DNA from: Tubulanus polymorphus
Taxonomy: Eukaryota > Animalia > Nemertea
Assembly (NCBI RefSeq): GCF_964204645.1
Contig: NC_134025.1
Span: 2,542,001-2,606,000 of the forward strand
Direction of reading: 5' to 3'
DNA: 64,000 nt
Positions 10,894 through 26,341 of this stretch are shown here, piece by piece. Within the stretch, counting starts at the first letter, position 1, and each line of letters opens with the position of its first letter. The position numbers were made by a program, and so were the translations under genes. A model generated the notes under the pieces. The model did no database searches. It was not told the DNA's origin and saw nothing but the letters and a program-made list of their open reading frames with translations.

Positions 10894-13569
10894 ATGGATT
10901 TAAGTTTATACTTGATGATAACTGCGTGGATAAACTTTATATTTTCAGTTTATGGTAAGGCTGTCAAATTCTTCCTCTTTTTTTTTTACTTGTACCGCTA
11001 CCGAAAGAACGTCATTTCATTTTTGTAAAAATGATATAAATTTTCAGGCTGCAAACAAAATAATGCGAATGGAACTGAATGGATTGACAAAAATCGCCCG
11101 TGTAAAATATCAATATGTATGGTAGGTATATGGCAGACTTCATTTGAATATGAAAATTAGCGCTGCTTTTTTACCCATCAAATATATGTTGTGGTATAAA
11201 TCTATGTTTATGATGTAGGGAGGAATTCTAACTCGGAGTACAGTACAATGTCGTCCAGGATGCCAGGAACAGCTCTATAAAGCGGATAGATGTTGTCGCG
11301 CTTGTGCAAGCGAGAAAGAAAATACTAAAGGTATAAACTGAACCATAGCTTGAATTGTTAATAAATGAATAAATCGCAGTTTTTGATATGTTTTTGAATC
11401 ACGTTGCTAGGATGTGTAGTGAATGGAATGGATGTGAAAGATGGCGAATCCGTCACAAAACCCGGTGAAAAATGTACGCGGTGTAAATGCGAGGTAATTA
11501 GCTGAAATTATTCACAATAATTACTGCTATTTGACGACGATTTTCATCCTAACACATTTTTCAATGTATCTATAGTCAGGTGAATTGACATGTATTAGGA
11601 AAATCTGTCCAGTTCTCAATTGTCCACAAAAACAGCGAGTTGATAACGAAAAGAAATGTTGTCCAGTTTGCAAAGGTATACACACATATTCTACATCAGT
11701 TTATCTAAGGTTGCGCACCGTTCTCAATAGGCCCTCTAGATATCTATATTCTTATTTGAAACTATACAGGAACAACTAAGACGATGAATCCTGTTCCAGA
11801 CTCGAGCTGTCTGTTTCAAGATCGTCTGTATAAACGCGGTCTACAATTCATGCCAGACAAGTGTACAAAATGCGTTTGCAAACAAACTGGAATCGAGTGC
11901 TTTCGTAAATCATGCCCAGTTTCGAAATGTCCCGACGAATTCTTGGTCTATGATAGGAAATCATGTTGTCCGAGGTGTAAACGACCAGTAAATGGATGCG
12001 TACATAATGAGAAAATATACAAGGTAACTGACATCCAAATCCTTCAATGCAATATCTATATTTATCATATCAACACCAAATATCCGATACAATATATCTG
12101 TACTTTTTGATGTCATATTTCAAATACATTATCATATGTGTAAATTTCTAGATAGGGCAAAATTGGAAGGATGGCTCATGTACAGATTGCACGTGTAATG
12201 ATGGAAAGGTTATATGCCAAGATATCACATGCGGAATGACCCCAAAATGTTCGCAGGTAAATATCTCCCTTCTCCGAACATTCCAATCCACTTATTCTTG
12301 TGCTTATATCATTTCTTGCTTACTTTCAGAAATCCATTTTGTACAGACCACAAGGAGAATGCTGTCCATTGTGTGTCCCAGGTAAATGGATGAAATATGC
12401 TTTTCTTTAGAAATATTCGTGCAAGAAAAAAAATGTTTAGTTTCAAAGGCTAAAAAATCTAAAATTTCTAATTCCAGCGCACAGTATCTGTTCCGTGAAT
12501 GGAATGAACAAGAATTATTTGTCTTACGCTTCGTTTGACGGATTTAATTTCAAATTCGACGGAAGTTGTAGATACACCTTACTTCAAGAATTCGAAAACC
12601 GCCAAATAAACATCCGACTTAAGAATGAATATCATCCGTATCCAACTGTGAGAACTAAACTGGTTACAATCATCGTATCTTCTTTATCTATCGGACTTCA
12701 TAGAAATCTCGATATCAGAGTAAATCGTAGTAAAATCAGTTTTCCGTACAAACACGAATACTTCACTATAGAAATCGTCCAAAATTCTACAGTTGTCGTG
12801 AATCTGATAATCGGTTTCAAATTGACGTGGAGCAAATCAGGCGATGTTAATATCTACGTGACACCGAGTTGGCAGAACAAATTAGGCGGACTTTGCGGCA
12901 ATTTCAATCGTGTCATAAAAGATGATCCCAAAACAAAAATCAAACATGAAATCGTCTCTGATATCGAGTTATTCGCCAAGTCGTGGAGAGTTGGTGGGAA
13001 ATGCAGCTGTGACGCGCCGTTCAATACGAAACTATCTTCGTGTCAAACTGTGGATCAAAGAGTTCGCGCTCATAAGAAATGTGATATTCTTAAACGTTCA
13101 TCATTCAAGAAATGTCACGGGAAAATTCCTGTAGCACCATTTCTTAGGTAAATATAACTTTGAAAGTCAACCCACAATGGAGAACAGGAAGAAAAGCTTT
13201 AAAACATCGAAAAATCTGAACGTTCACTAAGAACTCCGAATTTTTGATTTAAACTAAAATTCATCTTTGAGGAATATTTGATACCGTTTCAGTGTTATTT
13301 TCCATTGCAAGTATACAATTGTGATGAATTCCATTGTTTTTGTTTTCAGAGCGTGCACTGATAATGTTTGTGAATGTCGTTTGGATAAAAACTGCGAATG
13401 TTCTATCATCAAGTTTTACATGGATGAATGTGCCGCGTACGGTATTCATCTCAAACTACCTACAAAATCATCGTGTAAACCGGCAATACAGCTACCTACT
13501 TACTCCGGTAAACTAAATAAAAAGAAACGAAAGGGAAAACGTAACAAAGCGCCTCCGTTGCTTTTATAA
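10894..13569 (+). CDS. BMPER/crossveinless-2-like secreted protein: signal peptide, 4 VWC, VWD, C8, basic tail
   Basis: Exons about 10894-10954, 11048-11121, 11219-11330, 11411-11493, 11576-11676, 11770-12023, 12152-12256, 12330-12381, 12478-13147, 13350-13569. Four CxxC..CCxxC repeats; VWD motifs SFDG..F.GSCRY and KLGGLCGNFN; C8 motifs KCHGKIPVAPFLRACTDNVCEC. Confidence 0.82.
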
Positions 13570-14369
13570 GAGTTACGAAAGTATAATATCTCATAAACCT
13601 AGTCATTATAAGAAAATTGTATATAGGCCCCTATCATGATAAAATTCAATTTTTGTTGAAATATATTTTTATGTATATCTTTATCTCGAATTGTTTTCGT
13701 TGTATTTACATCAACTCGTTTACAGCAATACTCAAGCCAACTCCACATACCATGTTTGATGATGGCACAGGTCGTGGTACTGTCGTTATGGGGACATCTA
13801 TTTGCAGTATTAGTTCAAGCATGGACTCTAAAATTCGTTCTAGAGTCCATGGTTCAAGTTATTAATTTTTTAACATGTGACCTATCATCGCATTAAGTTA
13901 ATTCACAGAAATTCCTCCAGGTGTCAACAACGACTGTCAAACAAATGCGATAACCCCGTTACTTGAAAATTAAAAATTTCAGTCGTTTCTAAATAAGTTC
14001 AATAACGTTACCATAATAATTACGTTGTCTAATTAAGTGTTACAAAGGTAATTTCAACTGGTTTTGAATTCATGAATGTCTTCTGTACACTGTTTGCTTT
14101 TATTTCGGGAGGTTTTCATAGTTCTCCACGGGGTCTAAAGGATATTTTTATGTTGTACGCCCTCTATTGGATTTTCAGTGAACTAAAATCACAATTGATC
14201 TTTTGTGTAGATTTCGATAGACTTTTCAATGCATTTCATATAAAGTGAATTAACCGATTCTTTAGACCGATATCATTCTATGTAACAGAATCCTGTCATC
14301 CTCTAGAACTGAATTGCTACTGATTCTGAGAACTTATCGAAGAAGCACTATATGATTCCAGTTTACTTT

Positions 14370-14607
14370 CTATTCTTCAGCATCCAGGGTATTCGGAATC
14401 GTCAACAGATAGATCGGGTTTGAACTTGGGACATCCTGTGTTTATCCTCTATTCAGCATCCAGGGTCTCGAAATCGCTAAAATGTATCGGGACATGCTCC
14501 TTATTCTTCATTATTCAGCATCTGGTCGTGACTACTCAAAACAGTATAAGAGATTGGGTTCGAACCTGGAACAGACCTATCTATCCATTTTATTCAGCAT
14601 CCACCAC
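14370..14607. repeat. Degenerate tandem repeat, about 60-80 bp unit, 3-4 copies
   Basis: (TA)TTCAGCATC recurs near 14376, 14450, 14512 and 14591. Two units contain GGGTT(T/C)GAAC. Confidence 0.7.
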
Positions 14608-14677
14608 AATGAGTTGTAACGATCTTTAGATAATTTATTACATCAACTATTTTACATAATATAATAGATATAAGCGT

Positions 14678-17600
14678 TTACATAAATGTAGTATCTTCTG
14701 AGAAAGCACCGGCGAATCGACAATCTTCTTTAATCAATACACAAAACATACGTTGAGGAGTTGGTCGTGAATACGGCGCAGGACGTGGAACTGTCGTTCT
14801 GAGGATATACTCTTTACCGGCTGGTTCTGGGAAATCCGGTACAGTACTCGGTGGACGACTTTCACAATCATTCATCTGATCTTCCAGTATCATATGACTC
14901 GACTGAAATATAATACCGTGAATATAAATAAATAACAGTTCAATCTAACAATGACAGCATCAGCTACTAATATAAACATGTAATATACAATTCAAAAACA
15001 TGCACTGAATTGTGAGTGAGTGAATGACAGCTTTCAACTGGTGAACCATGTACAGTAAATTTCGCCTAACCGGACAACCAGCAAAATTAGTCTCAGCTCA
15101 ACAAAGACTGAGATATTGATCAGAGAATTAAGATAGTACATCAGATAATAATTCACTATGTCCAAGTTAGGTGAGCTTTACTGTATATCCATAGAAGGAT
15201 AAGCACTTTTCAGAGTGTGTCTAAAAATGGATAAAGACTATACTCTTAAAGCGCTTTACCCAAATAAAAGACATCATCGACTGATGCACGCTCTCTGTAT
15301 CCAGTGAAAAATTGGTCTGAGGTCATTGTCATCTATTCGCTAACAATATTTGTGATTAGATAAGTTTATAATGACGCAGATATTCAAGCACATGTGATAA
15401 AGATTTAACGCTATGAAATTAAACGAATAGCTATCATGTATGTACAAAAAAAATTCAACATCTGCTTAAAAAACGAATCTCAAAATATCGTATACGAAAG
15501 AAGAAAAGACACCGGTCAATTTATTCATTACAGTTCGGAGAGTTTGAATAATTGACAAATGCCTCGAAAAACAAATAATCTAAAACATGAAATTCACGAA
15601 AGTTTTTTCTCACCCTTCGTCTCAAATTAGAAGCAAGGGGAGGATCCTGCAAAAACAAGTTTACCTCAATACTTAATTCATGAACGTAACTAGGTCGATA
15701 TAAAAACTCGTAGCACGCTGTTATTCATTTGCAATGGGAGAACAAATTACAAAATCACCAATGATTGGTAAAGATACTCACTCTCTGAGCCGACGCAAAT
15801 AGTTTATGAATGATTTTTCCGGCAGGACCACGCGCCGCACCGATTACATCTACTTCCGGCTGATCTAAAAGACTCGATACGAATTTCTCTAGTTCGGCCT
15901 GTCTCGTCGGACTGTCCTGTTTCTGATGGGTGAACTTATTCTTCAGCGACTGAGCACGAGCGATAACCGTCTCGGCGAGTTGAATATGTTTAATGATTAT
16001 ATCCTGAAAATGAACCGAATTCAATTAACGCGATGAACAAAAACCGATAAAACAAGCAATTTCTATCCAGATACGATAATTATGAAGTTATGTACCTCGT
16101 ATTTTTTCACCATCGGTTGTGGAGCTCTAGAACAAGCAGCAGTTCTATCAACTATCTGATTCATCAGTGCTTGTAACGAAGATACATCTCTTTCACCTGA
16201 AATCATTACACATGATACGCATTCAAATTACGATGAACTGTACTGATATTTCTGAGATTGATCAGTACCGATGAAATGCATACCAATCTTCAGAATTTTG
16301 ACTATTGCACTTTGAATAAGACAAGGCATAAGATGCAGGGCGACTTCAGCTGGTTTTAAAGCGGCAAGAAAATGTAGAACCTGAAAATAAGAATATTATA
16401 TTCAATATTCACAGCCAGCAAATTACAAGTCACGAACTGTAGTTAAAATTCTATATACCTTCTCGGCTTCTTTAGTGTCGTCGAAAAGACGTTTCTGACG
16501 CCGGGCTGGAAGAGGTTTAGCGCTGTGCCACACCTCGACCCACATGTTTCCAGCTATCTGCATCCTTTGACTCAGTTGTCCTGAAATATTGATTGACATC
16601 AACGGATATTCGATAAAACCGACGGCGAGGGCAGCGATGAAATGTTCGTACCTTTTTTAACGGGTTTGCCTCCATCATCGGTACCATCTTCCTCGACGTA
16701 ATCACGAGGTGAATACCATCGAACAAAATCTTCTAGCACGCATCCTGGATTAGCAGCCTGTATGAGAGCGTGTGTATTAAAATTACTAGGAGCTCGTCGA
16801 AACAATGAAAATTCTTGTAACATTTTCCCCAAATTCTTACCTTGAATGATTCCATATCGGAAAGGAGAGAAGCACTTTGCATTCTAGCACGGAGATGAGC
16901 ACCTTCCGCCGACGTTCCTAATCTAAAATATACCAGGTACCGGGTATATATCACAATGGTTATAATAATGAGGACTTAAGGGTGCTAGGGAAGCCACTTT
17001 TATTCTAATTGCTCTTTCCCTGACTATTCTCTGACATGCGCGTTGTTTTCCCTGACTCGATCAGTTAAGGATCCAGTCAATTAACACAGTGAAGTACGTA
17101 AGACATAGATGGAAACTATTTGATTTTATGTGCAATCTAGCAAGCCTCACAAAGCTCCCTGACTTTTCCCTCATTTCTTGCTTATTTTACAAAATTCCTT
17201 GATACTTTTAAAGAAAAGAAAATTCCTCGATTTCCAGGTAAGTGGCTGCCACCCTGTCTGTAGTTGATTGCAATAGTGTGCATTACGAGATCGATGTCGA
17301 ATCTAGATGAAAGATACTAGGTAGTTGGAAATGAACTTAATTTCGATTGAGTTGTCCTATTGGACGGCACACCATCTGGTGGGGAGGCTGGTGCAGCACA
17401 GGGTCTCATGTCAGTGATTCTTACTTCGTTAAAACATCTGCTTGTTCTTCTAACATATCTTCAGTCATCGGACTCGGTTCTTGAGTCATAGGAATAAACA
17501 ACGGCTCGTCGAGGTTTAGTAATTTCAGGTCAGCGCATTGTCGGAACCGGCCGTCGGGTTTATGCGATAAAGAATCCTGATATTCAGCGGCCGATGATGA

Positions 17601-20600
17601 TTGAGATATTAGACTAGGTTTATCGGTATCCATTGAAGATTCGCCTTCAATTTCACCTGGTTTTTCATCATCTATTTATAGAACAAATGAGAAATAAACG
17701 TACAATACACCGACCACATTCTATAGTGAAAATAAATTAGGAGCACTTCATGAAGTATGGTCACAAAATTCTGCTGATTTTCAATTCAATCATATCTTAA
17801 AGCATTATGTACATAAGGAGAAGATACCCCTTTCCTCCTATAGATGCCTACGCACTTTATGCATAGTCCCCCTTACCATTTTCCATTGTATCTGATTCCG
17901 CCTCATCCCAAGACTCTTCACATTCATAGAACTCATCATCACTGAGTGAACTGTCTTCCGTCGGAGAATCAGGTCTCGATGAATTGATACTAACAGCTGA
18001 AAATACACGCAATAGTTTCATTACAAATACCAATAAAATTGTATAAAAACATCTTCAGTTTCTACAGGGTGGCCACATTTATTTGACTAGCTTTTCTCCT
18101 AACATGCATGTTGCAATCAATTAACACAGTCAAATACGTGAGATAAATTTCTCATTTTTTACGACATTCCCTGACTTATTTGAAGAAATGAAAATTGCCG
18201 GACTTTTCACTGTTTTCCAGGTTTAGTGGTCCCCCTGTTCTATAATAGTTACAGACCAGATGCTGATGCTGTGCTGCTTTTAAAATCATCCCTATCATAG
18301 GACGATAGTTTCTTCAGATGCCTCTCGTCACGTTTTTTCTTGCGTTGAATACAACAGTTCAACATCTGCAATTTCTGATGCAATAAACACATTCCTAGAT
18401 TGGGACTTCCTAATTCCAATCTGAAATATGAATCGGTTAATGAATTGTCATTACCGGGAGAAAGTTTAATCATTTAAAGCATTTTGATCAAGATTCTGAT
18501 ACATTTTACAAAATATTACCCGGAAATAACGTAACCGTTTTCCAAACGATATCTCATCTCTAAAACCAACTCCTGCCACAGATGAGCCATCGCACGCAAT
18601 CCTCCGTGACTGTAGTTGACTAGACAGAAACAGACAGCGAGTCTCTCAGTTAGTGAACCGGTAGGTGCTGCTTTAAACTTCCTTACTATATCCTGAAATA
18701 GACAAGCAACATTCAGTAAAACAATCGATCTAAAATCTATACAAAATAAAGGCACAAATTTACCCTTATTTCATCCGGTATTTCCTCTTCTTTATAATCT
18801 ATATCTACATCTTTACTGCCATCTTCTTTCGCATCAGGGAACAAAAACTATGAGCAGAAATATATCATTCATTCAGCATGTTATCTGAATTTATTCGATC
18901 TTCTATTGGTGAATAATAGGAATAACTTACTAATAGTATTTCATTGAGAACATCTGCAGGAATCGGAGCCTCTTCAGGTTTTATGGACATTCTAGTGGTA
19001 GCTTTAGACATTACCGATGAAAGCGACGGTATGTGATAAGGAACTGGTTCCGTAAGTCGTTGTAAAGCTTGAGAGATATCACCAGTTTCTATTGGAGGAA
19101 AATAATTCATAAATTAGAATGCGATCATTAGAGTAGTGTATCGACAGGTTACTGTAGTATCAACAGACCCACCAGAATCATCCATACTCATTTTACGTCC
19201 GAGAAGTTGTTCATTCGATTCACTGCGACGACAAACTTTCACAAATTCATTCAAATAATCAGCTTTAAAATAGATAAATGAAATAGATTTTTAAAGGGGT
19301 TGTGAGGGTAATAAAACCAAGATTAATGATTTCTCGAATCGACAGATGGATAAGACTTACTTAGAAGACATTGTGGATCGTCAGTCATACGTACTCGCAC
19401 AGCCCAGTACGGAGCTTGAAGTGGATCCAAATCACTACAACAAAATATCTAAATTAACTGCTTTTACGCTTCTCATTATGGAAATTGTATGCATACTTCT
19501 ATTAGAACTCCAAAACTCACGTATAAACAGAATTGTCAACTATCATATCTTCTGATAATGTTGGCCAAGTCGTTGACAAATGTAACTCACTGAAAAATAA
19601 CCAAGAAACGTCAAAAAGAGAACACGCATATTGAAAAGTGGATGAGGCAGTTATCATGACTGTTACCTGACTGGATCTTCCATTGCACCAAACGGCAGAT
19701 CACTAAAAGAATCACAGCCAACTATTGAACCGCATGTAGAATCCAGATCTGCATTTAATATATGAATAGTGAAAGGAGAGTTCTAGCTTTTCACGGCGAA
19801 ATGTTCGATCTAATGGTAAATACCTGGAGGAGCTTGCGTCCAAGAAGAATTAGTCCAGTCATTTAAGACATAGGTAAACCGTACCGAAACACTGACTGGA
19901 GGCATTGGTGAAATCGGACAAGCCTAATAATATAAAACAGCGGATCAGTATGATGACAACTATAAAAACATGTTCAAAAATTCAACAGAAATTATACGTA
20001 CGAGCTTGGACTTGAATAAATCTAGAAGACCGTTGAGATGATGGTATTGTTTGGGAACCCGTTGAAGGTGAACCATCTCGTAGTTCATACGCATTCCTGG
20101 ACACTCGCAAATTCCCGAAAATAAGCGACGCGCTTTTTTATGAATTTGAACGAAAATTGGAATTGTGCTGTAAAAAATTTGGGAACAGATATCAACATAC
20201 ACTGCATGCGGTTTACTCTAGAATCAGTTTTTGTCTATCGATTGATATCTTACCATCCAGTGTTATTTATAGCAATTGCTACAGAACTAAGTAGAATATT
20301 CATTCTACTTTCCTGAGTTATAGATTCAGATTGAATTGCCGGCGAAATAACTAGGAAATCACGTAATCCGTACCTGCAAATTATTGAAAAACATTCTCTT
20401 GAAATGGTGGTTTTGGATTAGAATAAAAAGAATTGCCGATTTACGAATGCTCTTAAAACACACTGACCATCTACACAGGCAATGTGCACGAGCTGGAAAA
20501 TCATTTTCTGTTGACAGCATATCATAAAATGACGTCGGAACAAACTCTAAACAAAAATGTTTAAGAGATGATACATTTTAGAATTTAACCCATTCCTGTC

Positions 20601-21682
20601 ATAGACTTATATGAGTGGGCCACACTTAACACCTTAATATACACCAATGAAAAAACGAGCTCGGTGAGAAAAAGTTATTGAGCACAGAGATGTAGAGGAT
20701 TACATTATTCTTACCTTGTTCTTCTTCTGAATCAGTTTCGATGACATTTTCAACTTCTGTCACTTCTTCTTCTTGCTTTAATTGATGTCTGACAATTGAA
20801 AATTTGAAATCGGCAAAACAAATTTGTTCGGTCTTTTCTTGCCAATCGCCATTAGCTAATTCTCCCTAGAATAAACAATATAATTCATAAAACAATAACA
20901 TGGAAATGAAGATCTCACTGATCTAATTAGATATATTTCTATTTACAGGTTTAAGTGGTGGTAAAGTTGTAGCATTAGCGACCTTCCATTCATGAATGAC
21001 TTCCTCAATTTGAGCGATAAATCTGCAATGGAAATTTCAATATGGTGAAATGTCAATAATTGCTTGCAGTAATTGATAAGCTTGAAGGGATACTTGTACT
21101 AGGAGTCCAGCTTACCTTTCCCATTCTGAGGCCGTGGTGAAGTCAGTAATTTCAAACACTTCAGCATCCTGAACAAAATGTATTACGTTTCTGTTATTAT
21201 GAATGATTAAATGATGAAGGTTAAAACGTCCTAGATGAGGACTTGAAGAAGTCAGTTGTCTGCGATTGTGAAACAAGTCACAGCGTACACTGAGTTAGAG
21301 TAATATAGCAGACCGTTTGAAACTGACATGAGTTAGACAGGCTGAAGGTTTATTTCACTGTACTGTCAGTGACCTGTCAGTGTGTCAGTCAGCAGTGACA
21401 CTACTGACTACGTCCACGACCAGCTGACACTGGGAGGAGAGAGAGTCCCTGCTGTCGTCTCACTGACACTGACTGTCAGACAGTGGCGGCAGTGCAGTGC
21501 CTGGTACCACGATGTCGTATAAAACTATATTTTATAAAGGCACTTCTCGTAAAAAGTCGGGATGAATTTTATTTTTATGATTATGGAAAGCAAAAGAGCT
21601 GATAAAATCGTCGACTGGATGAAGGAGACCAGTATATTGTAGAAGTAGAGGCAGAAAAATTATTTCTTACTTCGTCCGCCAT
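14678..21682 (-). CDS. RAB3GAP1: Rab3 GTPase-activating protein catalytic subunit, about 24-25 coding exons
   Basis: N-terminus MADE|DAEVFEITDFTTASEWER (exons 21671-21682 and 21116-21168); catalytic region GAHLRARMQSASLLSDMESFK|AANPGCVLEDFVRWYSPRDY; CLLHQKLQMLNCCI; C-terminus GKEYILRTTVPRPAPYSRPTPQRMF..FAGAFSEDTTFM*. Confidence 0.96.
15051..15185. mobile_element. Tc1/mariner-type MITE with TA target duplication
   Basis: TA-CAGTAAATTTCGCCTAACCGGACA ... TGTCCAAGTTAGGTGAGCTTTACTG-TA, imperfect TIRs of about 24 bp. Confidence 0.72.
16979..17256. mobile_element. CAGGGTGGCCAC-type MITE, degenerate copy
   Basis: Ends AGGGTG ... GTGGCTGCCACCCTG; internal TTCCCTGA repeats; shares CAATTAACACAGT.AA.TACGT.AGA with 18064-18237. 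Confidence 0.55.
18064..18237. mobile_element. CAGGGTGGCCAC-type MITE
   Basis: ACAGGGTGGCCAC ... GTGGTCCCCCTG inverted ends, internal TTCCCTGA; homologous to 16979-17256. Confidence 0.6.
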
Positions 21683-22261
21683 ATTGTTTCTCCACATATC
21701 TGGTCGTGCCTAATAGCAGGTTCAGGCCGCAGCAGTCGGTATATTTACATATTACTCGCACGCCGCAGTAGGAATGTTGCGGGTTCGTGTTAGTTCATAC
21801 TTTTACCGCTAACGATTTACATAGGAGCAGCACTTGACGGTGAGGATCTGACATCCCTGATGGCGGGCCGGATTCCTAAAGAAAATTATGCAAAAACGCC
21901 GACTCTTGTCCTTATTTTTATCGCTTTTGTACTACAAATCTGACGTAATTTGTGGTACCATCCATAAAAGTTAACATGTTATATTTTCTAGTGAGGAATT
22001 CGATTCTCAGAGTAGAGGGATTCTCAGAGTAGAGGATGCCCGATAACTCCGAAATAGTAAGCTCTTAATCGAATGAATTTCAAGTACACCAAGATTTAAA
22101 CCGAAAAAAATATATGCATTTTATTTACAAAATTTACACCTCCATAAATGATCAGCATTACAAAATGATTACAAAGTAAAGTGAAGTAGACTAATATCTG
22201 TTAATAATGATTGAATATATTTCAATCATAAGTAGATCCATGAGCACAAGAAAAATACAAT

Positions 22262-25645
<3,384 letters not shown>

Positions 25646-26341
25646 AACTAACTCGAGTGATTTATACAAGGCGCCTTTAGGTTTAATGCTATACCGCGTA
25701 GGACTACTCCAATTTGTTAGGCCTAGTATTGGACTGGTACCCGCTTCTTGGTGTTCGAATCCCAATTAAATTCCAGCCAACGCGCCGTGCACTATGCCGC
25801 TTTCCTGCCGCTGAATACGTGACAGTGGTTACAAAATATTAGGTAGATTGAAAGAGCAAATAACATTCATGCAAAACTCATGAACATTGCAATTTTATTC
25901 AAAACAAATTAGGTTTGAGCGCCTTTGTTCATCAGAATTTGTTTTTAATTTTTGGAAGTTTGATGCCACTCCTGGCCGGCCCGTCGCTGAATCTGACCCG
26001 ATGTGAATCACTTTGACAAAATAAGCTGCTGCATGGCTAATTTTATTCAAACAAGGTAACACTAGACGCACTTTACGCAAATGACCGCCATCCGATTTAC
26101 CAAAATATTAAAAAACCATAAAACGCTAAGGAAGTGCAAAAACTCCGAGCGGATTTTACCGCCATGAATTCATGCACGCTAAAATGTTGCATAATGTAAT
26201 TTGATATTTGAAGTGGTCTCCAACCGATAAACCCACGAATCACAGAAGACCGTAATTTCTAAATACGACGACAAAGTGTAATTACGCAGATGCAAGTATG
26301 ACTGGGATAGGTACAGATTGAACATCAGCACAAAAGTTAAA

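Noticed and set aside
22011-22036. Short direct repeat of GATTCTCAGAGTAGAGG between RAD51 and RAB3GAP1
   Set aside because: Two copies only; an ordinary slippage duplication with no evidence of function.
25646-25765. N-terminal extension of RAD51 suggested by the ORF track
   Set aside because: The ORF starts at TTG; the first ATG is at 25645 and gives a normal-length RAD51 N-terminus.
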